The notes under the pieces are model-generated. The model made no database searches. It was not told the DNA's origin and was given only the letters and a program-made list of their open reading frames with translations. Made by a program: the position numbers and the translations under genes. DNA of 64,000 bases from positions 79,209 through 143,208 of the forward strand of contig CAVZHQ010000001.1 in NCBI GenBank assembly GCA_963775125.1, written 5' to 3'. Shown piece after piece: positions 17,785-26,818 of the stretch (position 1 is its first letter; each line of letters opens with the position of its first letter). This DNA is from an uncultured Acidimicrobiales bacterium (GTDB lineage Bacteria > Actinomycetota > Acidimicrobiia > Acidimicrobiales > SZUA-35).

Positions 17785-18562
17785 AGGCCATGCCAACGAT
17801 CGGGTAGTCGAACAACAACTCGGCTCCCTCGAAGCGGGCATTGACGCCGAGCCCGTGGCCCTCGTCGATCGAGCGCACGAACGCCTGGCGGAAACCGTCG
17901 TGATCGGTTCCGTGCGATCGACTCAGCACCGCGTCGACCGATGCGCGCAGTCGGTAGGACACCTCGTCGACGACGTTCCAGCCCTGCGTTTCGAGAAGGT
18001 CGCGCTGCTCGGTCGATCGCAGGTTTCGGACGTGCGACGGATCGCGGAGTCGTTCGGCGTCGTCGTAGGCCGAGGCGATCGCTGCGGTTTCGGGAGCGGC
18101 GAAATCGACGATGACCACTCGCCCGTCAGGCTTCGTGACCCGGATCAGCTCCCGCACCACGTGCTCTGGGTCCGAAGCGTGATGGAGCGCGTAGCGACTG
18201 ACCGCCACATCGAATGTCCCATCCTCGAAATCGAGCGCCGTCATACGACCGTGCACGAACGTGGTCCGATCAGCGACGCCCTCGGCCGCTGCTCGCTCCT
18301 CGGCCAGGAGGAGGACCGCAGGAGTCAGATCGACACCGGTCACCCGTGCCCCTCGTCGGGCGAGGTCGACCGAGACGATGCCCGGACCGCACGCCACGTC
18401 GATGACACCCACGCCGGGTGCGATCGCTGCCAACCGAGCAAGGGCGTCGAGGGCGCCTTCGTCGTTCATCAGAGGAGCCGACGCATACGAGGAGCCGTGG
18501 GCCGTGAACTGTTCGACTGCCGCCCGCTCGACCTCGCTCGAATGCAACGGTGATGCGCTCAT
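17759..18562 (-). CDS. class I SAM-dependent methyltransferase
   Basis: In ORF 17759..18724 from MSASPLH (ATG 18562, SD GGAGGGG upstream). Motif VIDVACGPG. The region upstream of 18562 is repeat DNA. Confidence 0.85.
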   Translation of the reverse strand: MSASPLHSSEVERAAVEQFTAHGSSYASAPLMNDEGALDALARLAAIAPGVGVIDVACGPGIVSVDLARRGARVTGVDLTPAVLLLAEERAAAEGVADRTTFVHGRMTALDFEDGTFDVAVSRYALHHASDPEHVVRELIRVTKPDGRVVIVDFAAPETAAIASAYDDAERLRDPSHVRNLRSTEQRDLLETQGWNVVDEVSYRLRASVDAVLSRSHGTDHDGFRQAFVRSIDEGHGLGVNARFEGAELLFDYPIVGMAFTRAATLR

Positions 18563-18609
18563 ACCCCTCCGATGGTAGTAGCGACCCAAGCAGACGGCCG
18601 TTGGCTTTT

Positions 18610-18677
18610 CGCAACCGCTCCAAACTCGCAACCGCTCCAAACTCGCAACCGCTCCAAACTCGCAACCGCTCCAAACT
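18610..18677. repeat. 17-bp tandem repeat CGCAACCGCTCCAAACT x4
   Basis: Read directly. It abuts the hairpin element, and the unit shares CGCAACCG with the hairpin 5' arm. Confidence 0.95.
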
Positions 18678-18731
18678 CGCAACCGTGTGCAGTGCGCACC
18701 TCTGGGAGGGGCAGAACTGCACACGGTTGCG
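18678..18731. repeat. dispersed hairpin element, copy 1: 16-bp perfect stem CGCAACCGTGTGCAGT / ACTGCACACGGTTGCG, loop containing CCTCTGGGAGGGG
   Basis: Read directly. A near-identical copy lies at 43876-43936. Confidence 0.85.
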
Positions 18732-18736
18732 ATTGT

Positions 18737-18800
18737 TCATGCCGGGTCGGCGGCGTCCGCCGCCTCGATCATGCCGGGTCGGCGGCGTCCGCCGCCTCGA
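18737..18800. repeat. 32-bp tandem duplication x2 of the serB 3' end including its stop codon
   Basis: GCCGGGTCGGCGGCGTCCGCCGCCTCGATCAT occurs twice (18741 and 18773). Both minus-strand ORFs end ..IEAADAADPA. Confidence 0.9.
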
Positions 18801-19965
18801 TGTCCTCCCGGCGGACGCCGAGAATGAAGAGGATGGCGTCGAGGTAGGGGACGTTCACCGAGGTGTCCGCCGCCAATCTGACCACCGCCTTGGCGTTGAA
18901 GGCGATGCCGAGCCCGGCCGCGCTCAACATGTCGAGATCGTTGGCACCGTCGCCGACGGCCACGGTCTGATCGAGCGAGATTCCTTCGTACTCCGCGATC
19001 CTCGACATGATGCGGGCCTTGGCCTCGCGGTCGACGACCTCGCCGATCACGCGGCCCGTGAGCCGACCCTCGACGATTTCGAGGGTGTTGGCGTAGGCGT
19101 GCCGCAACCCGAGTTCGGCGGCCAGGTACTCGGTCACGTTGGTGAAACCGCCGGAGACGAGTGCGACGTGGTAGCCCAACCGTTTGAGGGTTCGGACGAA
19201 CGTGCGCGCCCCGGGAGTGAACTGGACGTTGGCTTTCGCTCGGTCGATGGCTGCCTCCTCGAGCCCGGCGAGCAGGCTCACCCGGGCGTCGAGCGACGAT
19301 CGAAAGTCGAGTTCGCCGGCCATTGCCCGTTCGGTGATGGCAGCGACCGCGTCGAGCTGGCCGGCCTCGGCTGCCAACAGGTCGATGATCTCGTTCTGGA
19401 TCAGTGTCGAGTCGACGTCGAGCACGATCAGTCGGGCGGCTCGCCGACCGAGCCCCTCGCGTTGGACGGCGACATCGCAGACGAGTTCGTGGGCGAGGTC
19501 GAGCAGCGCGACGCGAAGCTCCTCGATGTCCGGCCCTGAGACCAGCAGCTCGTAGGCCCACACGGGGTACTTCGCCAGACGGATGATGCGTTCGATGTTG
19601 CCGTGGTGGGCGGCGACGACGCTGGCGACGGCGCCGAACTCCTGCGGATCGACCTGCCTGCCGATGACGGTGACCACCAGCCCCAGCTGACGGGTGATGC
19701 CATCCGCAGCCTCCACGACATCGAAATCGACCTCGACCTTCTGCTGCCAGGCAAAGAGCAGCAGCTCCTTGATGAGATCCTTTCCCCGAGGCACGGTGAT
19801 GACGAGGCTGAGGTTCAGGCGCCCTCGGATGATGATCTGCTCGACGTCGTGCATGCCGGCGCCGGTGGTGGCCAGCAGGTCCATGAGGCGAGCGGTGATG
19901 CCAGGACGATCGGGCCCCGAGATCGTGACCAGTATGTTCTCGGCGGTTGAAGGCACGGCCCTCAC
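18769..19965 (-). CDS. serB: phosphoserine phosphatase with two N-terminal ACT domains
   Basis: ORF 18769..19965. HAD motifs LDVDSTLI and GDGANDL. ACT-like N-terminus (ILVTISGPDRPGI). Confidence 0.9.
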   Translation of the reverse strand: MRAVPSTAENILVTISGPDRPGITARLMDLLATTGAGMHDVEQIIIRGRLNLSLVITVPRGKDLIKELLLFAWQQKVEVDFDVVEAADGITRQLGLVVTVIGRQVDPQEFGAVASVVAAHHGNIERIIRLAKYPVWAYELLVSGPDIEELRVALLDLAHELVCDVAVQREGLGRRAARLIVLDVDSTLIQNEIIDLLAAEAGQLDAVAAITERAMAGELDFRSSLDARVSLLAGLEEAAIDRAKANVQFTPGARTFVRTLKRLGYHVALVSGGFTNVTEYLAAELGLRHAYANTLEIVEGRLTGRVIGEVVDREAKARIMSRIAEYEGISLDQTVAVGDGANDLDMLSAAGLGIAFNAKAVVRLAADTSVNVPYLDAILFILGVRREDIEAADAADPA

Positions 19966-19980
19966 CGTACCGTCGCTCGA

Positions 19981-22900
19981 TCAGCCACCGGAAAAGTTGA
20001 ACCGGCCAACCGACGCGAATCGCAGGTCTCCGGCCTCCTCGTTCTTGACCACGGTGGGCTGCGCCCCGAGACATCGGCCGACGGCAACTCCCGACCCCGT
20101 CCATTCCCAGCACGCGGACAGATCGGTGGAGGTATTCGGTACGGCCATCGACAGGGAGGTGCCGGCGGGTGCACCCGTCAGCTGGGCCTCGAAACCGTCG
20201 TCCCATTGGCCGAGCGCCGCCGGGGGTCGGGTCCGTGCTTCGCCGAACACGTCGGACGAGTCGTCCCACGCCATGAAGTCGATCACGTCTCCATCGGTGT
20301 CGAGGAGCCACAGGTCGTCGCCGAAAGCATCGAGGACCGCCCAGGGTCGATTCGCCTCGTACGAAACGACACTCCCGGGTGCCGCGGGGAACGGCCCGCC
20401 GCCTGCGCTGCTGTCGGGATTGGTTGTCCAGACGATCACCGACTGTCCCGGGCCCAACATCACCGGGTCGAACGAGACCTGGAACGAGGTGTCGAAGGGG
20501 ATGATGGTGACCCAGAAGATGTCGTGGAGGCCGTCGACCGGGTCGAAGTCCTGGAGGCGTAGACCGTCGAGGGAGACGGGATCGCTGCTCACGTTGGTCA
20601 CCTCGATGAACTCATCGATCACGACGAACTGCTCGGACTCGGCGTACAACACCTCGGTGATGGCCAACGCGCCCGACAGACCCGATCGCCCGTACTCCGA
20701 GATCGTGAAGAGGAAGCTCGTGCTCGCCTCCGCGCCGGACGGATCGGCTACCACCAGGGTCACGGTGGACGAACTCCCCTTGGTCGACGGGTCGGCGTCA
20801 CCGGAGATGATTCCGGTGACGCCGTCGATCGAGAGCCCCGCCGGCAAACCGGTGGCGGTGAAGGTCAGCGTGTCGCCGTCTGAGTCAGAGGCCAACACCG
20901 CCAGCGAGAAGGGCACCCCGGCAGCGCCGGCCTGATCCGCCACGGCCTGGAGGACCGGTGTGTCGTTGACCCCGATGACCGTGACCGTGCCGGCACCGGC
21001 GCCGCAGAGCCCACCGGGATCGCACACCGTGTAGGTGAACGCTGCGGTCCCTACGAAGTCCGGTGGTGGCGTCCAAGTAGCCTCGGTCGTGCCGAACGTG
21101 ATCGTGCCGACAGCAAAGGTGATCCCGGTTGCCGTGAGTGGATCACCGTCGACATCGACGTCGTTGGCGGCCAACGATGCGTGGCCGATCGTCAGCGGCG
21201 TGTCCTCCAACGTGGCGAACGCGTCGGTTGCGGCCACCGGGGCGTCGTTCACCGGCGAGACGCTGATCACCCCAGTGGCCGAGGTACACAGTCCGAGTGG
21301 ATCACACGCGTCGTAGACGAAGGTGGCCGGGCCATGGAAGTTCGGCGGCGGAGTCCACACGAACGCGTCGGAATCGACGGTCAACGTCCCTGTGCCGAAC
21401 CTGAGGTCGGCAACGGTCAAGGCATCTCCGTCCGGGTCGCTGTCGTTGGCCGGCAGCGTGGCCAACAAGACGGTCACCGGCGTGTCCTCGGTTCCGGCCA
21501 CGAGGTCGTCCGCCGGAGTCGGCGGGTCGTTGACGGGAACAACCGCAATGGTGGCAACGGCAGGGCTGCAGGCAAGTGAGGGGTCACAGACTTCGTAGCC
21601 AACCGTCGCCGGGCCGTCGTAGTCGGTCGGCGGTGTCCACAAGTACCCGTCGGGGGTGGTGCGGCCGGTTCCGATACTGGAGGTCAGCCAGCGGATCGAC
21701 GGTCGGTCGCCGTCGGGATCCACGTCGTTTGCCAAAACCTGGGCGGTCAGCAGAACGAGGTCGACGTCCTCGTTGACCGAGTAGCTCTCGCCTGCAGCGA
21801 CGGGTGTGTCGTTGACGGCCAACACCGTAATGGTTGCGACGGCGGGGTCCGAACAGCCGACGGAAGGGTCACAGACGGTGTATTCGAACGTATCGGTTCC
21901 GTTGGCGTTCGGGTTCGAGGTGTAGATCGCAACCCGTTGGTGGCCGAGAGGGGCGCCGGCGGTTTCGCCTTGTCCGCTTGTCGCTGCGTCGCCCGGCGCC
22001 GCAGTCGCAGTGGCCGCGGTGAATCGGACCGAACCAAAGGATGGAGCTCGAGTAATGCTGAACACCGCCAGCCCTCCGTCGGTGGTCGCCTCGAGCGTGA
22101 CGGCGAGAGTGCTGTCCTCTGCGGTCGTGGCACGAACTGCGAACGCGGTCGGCCGAATGGGGGCGGCGGTGGTCGTCGTGGTCGAGGAGACCGTCGTTGG
22201 CGGGGTGGTCGTGCGGGGAATGGTGGTTGGTCCCACGCTCGTCGCGGGCCGTGCCGCCGTGGATGCTGTTGGCGGAAGGCTCGGAGCCGTCGTGGTCGGA
22301 GCCTGGGTCGTCGATGGTCCCTCGATGGTGATGACGGTGGTCGTTGGCTCTCCAAGCTCACCGCTCGTGGTGCTGGTGGTTGCGTTGCCGGTCGAGTTGA
22401 CGGAGGTCGTGGTCTCCTCGACGAAGGCCAGGGCCGGTGGCGGTTCCTCGGGCAGCAGGGCTCCCCCGAAGCCGCCGGTGACGAACGCCGCTCCGGCCGT
22501 CACCAGAGCGGTCACACCTGTGGCAAGCGGCGTGGCGACGGGGGCGAGGGGGACCTGGGACACGGCCGGCAGATTGGCGGCCCACGACAACGGTCCGATG
22601 GCCAGCCGGAGCCGGCCGATTCCGATGTTGAGGAAGGCGCGGGCGACGCGGGGGTCGAACTGGGTCCCGGCGCAGCGGGCAATCTCGGCTCGAGCGACAT
22701 CGGCCGGCATTGGCTTCTTGTAGGAACGGACCGACGTCATCACGTCGAAGGCGTCGGCCACGGCGACGATGCGGGCACCGAGGTGGATGTCATTGCCGGA
22801 CAACCCGAACGGATAGCCGTCGCCGTCCCATCGCTCGTGGTGCTGCGACACCGCGTTGTGCCACTCGCCGAGCCAGGGTTTCAGCGGGGCGATGAGCTTG

Positions 22901-23535
22901 TCTCCGGCCATCGGGTGAGTCTTGAGGATCTCCCATTCCGCGTCGGTTGGCCGACCGGTCTTGGTGAGGATCTCCTGGGGGACCATCAGCTTGCCGACGT
23001 CGTGCAGCAGCGACGACCAGCGGAGCTTGCTGGCCGACCGATCGTCCAGGCCCATCTCCTCGACGATGAGATCGGTGTAGGCCCGCACCCGTTCGCAGTG
23101 GCCGCGGGTCAGGCGATCGTGCACGCTGAGCGCGGCCACCATCTCGAGCATCGTGGTCGCGTAGTTGGCGTTCTGATTGAGCCGCCCTGACGCTTGGGCC
23201 TCCGCGACCCGTCGCTGGAGCTGACGGGTCGTCCCGGTCCGCAGCGCGGTCGAGAAGCGGTTCGGCGCCTGATCGGGGAAGATCAGAGACAGCTTGAACA
23301 AGGCCACGAGCGGGAGCATCCGCCGAGCGAGCGAATCCGAGGCGAGAAGCACGATCAGGCCGACGGCGAAGAGGCCGATCCACCACACGAAGACGTTGAG
23401 ACCCAGGGCGTGGGGCGGAAGCTTGCGGGCCAGAACGAAGGTGGCGACGAACGAAACCACCGTCGGAGCCAGGGTGATGAGTGCGCGGAATCGTCCAGGC
23501 CAGCGCGGGTCGGCTGGTCCAGTGAGATTCCTCAC
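19981..23535 (-). CDS. membrane HD-GYP domain protein with large extracellular cadherin-like / Ig-like / lamin-tail-like region (1184 aa)
   Basis: ORF 19981..23535. TM helices, then HDVGK..HHERWDGDGYP, another TM segment, a T/P-rich linker, about 4 repeats with NDxPVA..ANDxDxDGD, then FTATGLPAGLSIDGVTGIISG and ITEVLY..EFIEVTN. Confidence 0.8.
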   Translation of the reverse strand: MRNLTGPADPRWPGRFRALITLAPTVVSFVATFVLARKLPPHALGLNVFVWWIGLFAVGLIVLLASDSLARRMLPLVALFKLSLIFPDQAPNRFSTALRTGTTRQLQRRVAEAQASGRLNQNANYATTMLEMVAALSVHDRLTRGHCERVRAYTDLIVEEMGLDDRSASKLRWSSLLHDVGKLMVPQEILTKTGRPTDAEWEILKTHPMAGDKLIAPLKPWLGEWHNAVSQHHERWDGDGYPFGLSGNDIHLGARIVAVADAFDVMTSVRSYKKPMPADVARAEIARCAGTQFDPRVARAFLNIGIGRLRLAIGPLSWAANLPAVSQVPLAPVATPLATGVTALVTAGAAFVTGGFGGALLPEEPPPALAFVEETTTSVNSTGNATTSTTSGELGEPTTTVITIEGPSTTQAPTTTAPSLPPTASTAARPATSVGPTTIPRTTTPPTTVSSTTTTTAAPIRPTAFAVRATTAEDSTLAVTLEATTDGGLAVFSITRAPSFGSVRFTAATATAAPGDAATSGQGETAGAPLGHQRVAIYTSNPNANGTDTFEYTVCDPSVGCSDPAVATITVLAVNDTPVAAGESYSVNEDVDLVLLTAQVLANDVDPDGDRPSIRWLTSSIGTGRTTPDGYLWTPPTDYDGPATVGYEVCDPSLACSPAVATIAVVPVNDPPTPADDLVAGTEDTPVTVLLATLPANDSDPDGDALTVADLRFGTGTLTVDSDAFVWTPPPNFHGPATFVYDACDPLGLCTSATGVISVSPVNDAPVAATDAFATLEDTPLTIGHASLAANDVDVDGDPLTATGITFAVGTITFGTTEATWTPPPDFVGTAAFTYTVCDPGGLCGAGAGTVTVIGVNDTPVLQAVADQAGAAGVPFSLAVLASDSDGDTLTFTATGLPAGLSIDGVTGIISGDADPSTKGSSSTVTLVVADPSGAEASTSFLFTISEYGRSGLSGALAITEVLYAESEQFVVIDEFIEVTNVSSDPVSLDGLRLQDFDPVDGLHDIFWVTIIPFDTSFQVSFDPVMLGPGQSVIVWTTNPDSSAGGGPFPAAPGSVVSYEANRPWAVLDAFGDDLWLLDTDGDVIDFMAWDDSSDVFGEARTRPPAALGQWDDGFEAQLTGAPAGTSLSMAVPNTSTDLSACWEWTGSGVAVGRCLGAQPTVVKNEEAGDLRFASVGRFNFSGG

Positions 23536-23705
23536 TGGGGCGCCTTGTTGTAGAGGTGCCCCGTCCGGGCATGGCTACTCCCATAGTCGGTTCTTCGGTC
23601 GGAAAGCGAGCGGAGGTGAGAAGTCGGGGAGAACGACTCCCACACCCCCGGCGAGAAGGCACAAAAGGCCCATGCAAGGGCCGACGTGGCCAGTAAGTTC
23701 GACGC

Positions 23706-25067
23706 ATGATTCGGCTCTACGACACCGCCCGTCAGGAAGTGCGCGCCTTGGAGCTGCGTGACCCCGAGAAGGTCTCGATCTACGTGTGTGGGCCGACCGT
23801 CTATGCGCCCCCGCATCTCGGTCACGGCCGAATGGCACTGGTCTACGACATCCTGCGTCGCTTCCTCACGTGGTCAGGTCTCGAGGTGACCTTCGTGTCG
23901 AACATCACCGACATCGACGACAAGATCATTCAGCGGGCCGAAGAGGAGGGTCGTGATTGGAAGGAGATCACGACCAAATGCGAGAACATCTGGTTCCGGG
24001 CCATGGATCGCATCAACGTCCAGCGACCTGACCTCACGCCGCACGCCACCGAGTACGTGGACGCAATGGTCGACCTCATCGCCGATCTGATGGCGAGAGA
24101 CGCGGCCTATCGCACGTCCGATGGTGTGTACCTGTCGGTGTCGGTCGTTCCCGACTACGGGTTGCTGGCGCACCAGTCACTCGACGATCTCGTCGAGGGC
24201 GGTGGGGACCGAACGTTGGTCGGGTCGGCCGAGAAGCGGCATCCCGCCGACTTCGCACTCTGGAAGCTGGCCAAGCCGGGTGAACCGTCGTGGCCGTCAC
24301 CCTGGGGCGAAGGCCGGCCGGGTTGGCACACCGAGTGCGTGGTCATGAGCCTCGACTTGCTCGGCGAAGGGTTCGACCTCCACACCGGCGGGCTGGACCT
24401 TTGCTTTCCCCATCACGAGAACGAGCGGGCCCAAGCGGTTGCCATGGGTTACACGTTCGCCCAGCACTGGATGCACAACGGCTTCGTCGAACTCGGCGGG
24501 GAGAAGATGTCCAAGTCGTTGGGCAACACCATGAACCTCCTCGACCTGACCGACACGTATGACCAGCGCGCCTACCGACTTCTCGTCCTCCAGGCGCATT
24601 ACCGGTCACCGATCGAGGTCACCGATGGCACGTTGGTCGCCGCCGGCGCCGCGCTCGAACGCCTCGATGCCTTCGCCCGTCGTTGCGCATCGCTGCCTGC
24701 AGCGGCCGCCGGCGCCCCACTGCTCGAGCAGTTCACCGAGACCATGAACAACGACCTCGACACCGCCGGGGCCGTCGATCTGCTCTTCCGGCAGGTTCGG
24801 GAGGCCAACGCCGCGCTCGACGCAGGTGACACCGAGCGAGCAGCGGTCGCAGCGTCGACCGCCTCGGTCATCGCCGAGGTGCTCGGTCTGGTTCTGAACT
24901 CGTCGGCCGAGGCGGTTCCGGCGGAGATCCAGGCCTTGGCCGAACAGCGGCATGCCGCTCGAAGCGCTCGGGACTTTGCCACCGCTGACCGACTGCGGGA
25001 CGAGCTGACCGCTGCAGGTTGGTTGGTCGAGGACTCGGCCGACGGGCCGATCGTCCGGCCGGTCTGA
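23706..25067 (+). CDS. cysS: cysteine-tRNA ligase
   Basis: ORF 23706..25067. Motifs [13 protein letters not shown] and KMSKSLGN. Confidence 0.93.
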   Translation: MIRLYDTARQEVRALELRDPEKVSIYVCGPTVYAPPHLGHGRMALVYDILRRFLTWSGLEVTFVSNITDIDDKIIQRAEEEGRDWKEITTKCENIWFRAMDRINVQRPDLTPHATEYVDAMVDLIADLMARDAAYRTSDGVYLSVSVVPDYGLLAHQSLDDLVEGGGDRTLVGSAEKRHPADFALWKLAKPGEPSWPSPWGEGRPGWHTECVVMSLDLLGEGFDLHTGGLDLCFPHHENERAQAVAMGYTFAQHWMHNGFVELGGEKMSKSLGNTMNLLDLTDTYDQRAYRLLVLQAHYRSPIEVTDGTLVAAGAALERLDAFARRCASLPAAAAGAPLLEQFTETMNNDLDTAGAVDLLFRQVREANAALDAGDTERAAVAASTASVIAEVLGLVLNSSAEAVPAEIQALAEQRHAARSARDFATADRLRDELTAAGWLVEDSADGPIVRPV

Positions 25068-25074
25068 GCGTCGC

Positions 25075-25557
25075 TCAGGCGGCAGCGATCGGGGCCACCG
25101 CGGCGTCGAGCACCCGGATGAGGTCTTCGGGGGAGAGCGAGATCTCGAGCCCTCGTCGGCCGGCGCTCACGTGCACGACGTCCAACAGTTCCACGGTCTC
25201 ATCGACGTAGGTCGCAAGTTTCTTCTTCTGGCCGAACGGCGAGATGCCGCCGACGACGTAGCCCGTCGTGCGCTCGGCGAGGGCCGGCGGAGCCATCTCG
25301 GCCTTCTTGGCGCCGGCAGCGCGGGCGAGTGCTTTGAGGTCGAGCTTCCCGGTGACCGGAACGAGCGCGACGACGAGGCTCCCTCCGGTGGACGTGCCGG
25401 AGAGTCGGGCGAGCAGCGTCTTGAAGACCGAATCAGGATCGAGCCCCAACGCAACGGCTGCCTCGGTTCCGTAGCTTTCCGAAGCGGGGTCGTGCCGGTA
25501 GCTGAGCATCCGGTGGGGGACGGCGAGCGCAGTGAGTTGGTCCACAGCGGGAGTCAT
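25075..25557 (-). CDS. ybaK: Cys-tRNA(Pro)/Cys-tRNA(Cys) deacylase YbaK family
   Basis: C-terminal 160 aa of ORF 25075..26160, starting at MTPAVDQL (ATG 25557). Motifs GYVVGGISPFG and VHVSAG. Confidence 0.85.
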   Translation of the reverse strand: MTPAVDQLTALAVPHRMLSYRHDPASESYGTEAAVALGLDPDSVFKTLLARLSGTSTGGSLVVALVPVTGKLDLKALARAAGAKKAEMAPPALAERTTGYVVGGISPFGQKKKLATYVDETVELLDVVHVSAGRRGLEISLSPEDLIRVLDAAVAPIAAA

Positions 25558-25579
25558 AGGGGTATCATGCCGTGACAAC

Positions 25580-25695
25580 AAACGCCGGGGAGCTCGAGGC
25601 AGTCGGGCTGAGAGGGTCGTCAGGGGTCGGCATCGCCGGCGGCCGGCGCGGCCGACCCGAGAACCTGCTCTGGATAATTCCAGCGAAGGAAGGCC
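25580..25695 (+). promoter_or_regulatory. TPP (THI-box) riboswitch upstream of thiB
   Basis: GGGCTGAGAGGGTCG...CGACCCGAGAACCTGCTCTGGATAATTCCAGCGAAGGAAGG matches the conserved CUGAGA and ACCUGAUCUGGAUAAUACCAGCG cores. It ends 5 nt before ATG 25700. Confidence 0.85.
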
Positions 25696-25699
25696 AACC

Positions 25700-26818
25700 A
25701 TGATGTACCCGTTCGGGGATTCCTCCGACAGGACGCCCCTCCCGACAGTTCGTCCCTCGTCAGTCCCTCTCGCGAGAAGCGGCGTCATCCGGGCGGCCGC
25801 ACTCGCGTGCTCCGTGGGACTCGCGGCCGTTTCCTGTGGCGGCAGTTCCGACTCGGCAGCGCCGGGACCGGTGACGCTGACCCTCGTCACCCACGAGTCG
25901 TTCACCGTCTCGGACGGGATCTTCGATTCGTTCACCGCCGAAACCGGGATCACGGTCGAAACCGTCGGCGCCGGCGATGCGGGTGAGATGGTCTCCCGTG
26001 CGATCCTGTCGAAGGGCCAGCCCGAAGGCGACGTTCTGTTCGGGATCGACAACACGTTCCTCCAGCGAGGCCTCGATGCGGAGATTTTCGTGGCGCACGA
26101 ATCGCCGATGCTCGAGTCGGTCCCCGAAGCATTGCGGCTCGACCCCGAGCACCGAGTCACGCCGATCGACTACGGGGACGTTTGCGTCAACTACTGGATC
26201 GATGCCCTGCCGGGAGATCCGCCGACGTCCCTGGACGACCTGGCCGAGCCCGAGCTGGCATCGTCGTTCGTCACCGAGAATCCGGAGACGTCCTCGCCCG
26301 GGTTCGCGTTCCTGCTCGCCACCATCGCTACCTACGGCGAAGACGGCTGGGAGGACTACTGGCAGCGCCTGGCCGACGGCGGGGTCACCATCGAGGCCGG
26401 CTGGGAAGAGGCGTACTACGCCCAGTTCGCCGCTGGGGGTGGTGACAAAGCGTTGGTCACCAGCTACGCCTCGAGCCCGGTGGCGGAGGTTCTCTTCGCC
26501 GATCCACCGGTCGACACTGCGCCCACCGGTGTGCTGACCGATTCGTGCTTCCGGCAGATCGAGTTCGCCGGGATCCTCGAGGGCACCGACCATCCGGACG
26601 AGGCGGGCAAGCTCATCGACTTCCTGCTGTCGCCCGAGTTCCAGGCAGACATTCCGCTCAAGATGTTCGTTGCGCCGGCGAACGCCGACGTCGCCCTGCC
26701 CGCTGCGTTCATCGAGCACGGCGTGACGGTCGAGAACCCGCTGACGCTGACGCCACAGGAGATCGAAGAGCATCGTTTGGCTTGGACGGAGCGGTGGACC
26801 GACATCGTTCTGCGCTGA
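25700..26818 (+). CDS. thiB: thiamine ABC transporter substrate-binding lipoprotein
   Basis: In-frame part of ORF 25532..26818 from ATG 25700. Signal/lipobox AAVSCGG. Type-II SBP resembling ThiB/TbpA, and the riboswitch context supports the call. Confidence 0.8.
   Translation: MMYPFGDSSDRTPLPTVRPSSVPLARSGVIRAAALACSVGLAAVSCGGSSDSAAPGPVTLTLVTHESFTVSDGIFDSFTAETGITVETVGAGDAGEMVSRAILSKGQPEGDVLFGIDNTFLQRGLDAEIFVAHESPMLESVPEALRLDPEHRVTPIDYGDVCVNYWIDALPGDPPTSLDDLAEPELASSFVTENPETSSPGFAFLLATIATYGEDGWEDYWQRLADGGVTIEAGWEEAYYAQFAAGGGDKALVTSYASSPVAEVLFADPPVDTAPTGVLTDSCFRQIEFAGILEGTDHPDEAGKLIDFLLSPEFQADIPLKMFVAPANADVALPAAFIEHGVTVENPLTLTPQEIEEHRLAWTERWTDIVLR

Noticed and set aside
18672-18735. A conserved small peptide encoded by the two hairpin-element copies (MCSSAPPRGAHCTRLRV.. 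at 18724(-) and MCASTPPRGAHCTQLRV.. at 43927(-)).
   Set aside because: The similarity is explained by the nucleotide-level repeat and is confined to it. The flanking ORF parts differ, there is no SD, and both frames overlap real gene starts or other repeats.
23546-23571. Hairpin GGGGCGCC-N10-GGTGCCCC as a terminator, or a T-box/leader element for cysS.
   Set aside because: It lies just upstream of the minus-strand HD-GYP gene start and far from the cysS ATG. It has no U-tract and no T-box specifier or antiterminator features that I could recognise.
25068-25074. The cysS - ybaK convergent pair (7-nt spacer) and distant proS as a dedicated Cys/Pro mischarging-control module.
   Set aside because: It is functionally suggestive, since YbaK clears Cys-tRNAPro made by ProRS. 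However, the adjacency is convergent rather than operonic, and this is a single instance, which is not enough to claim linkage.
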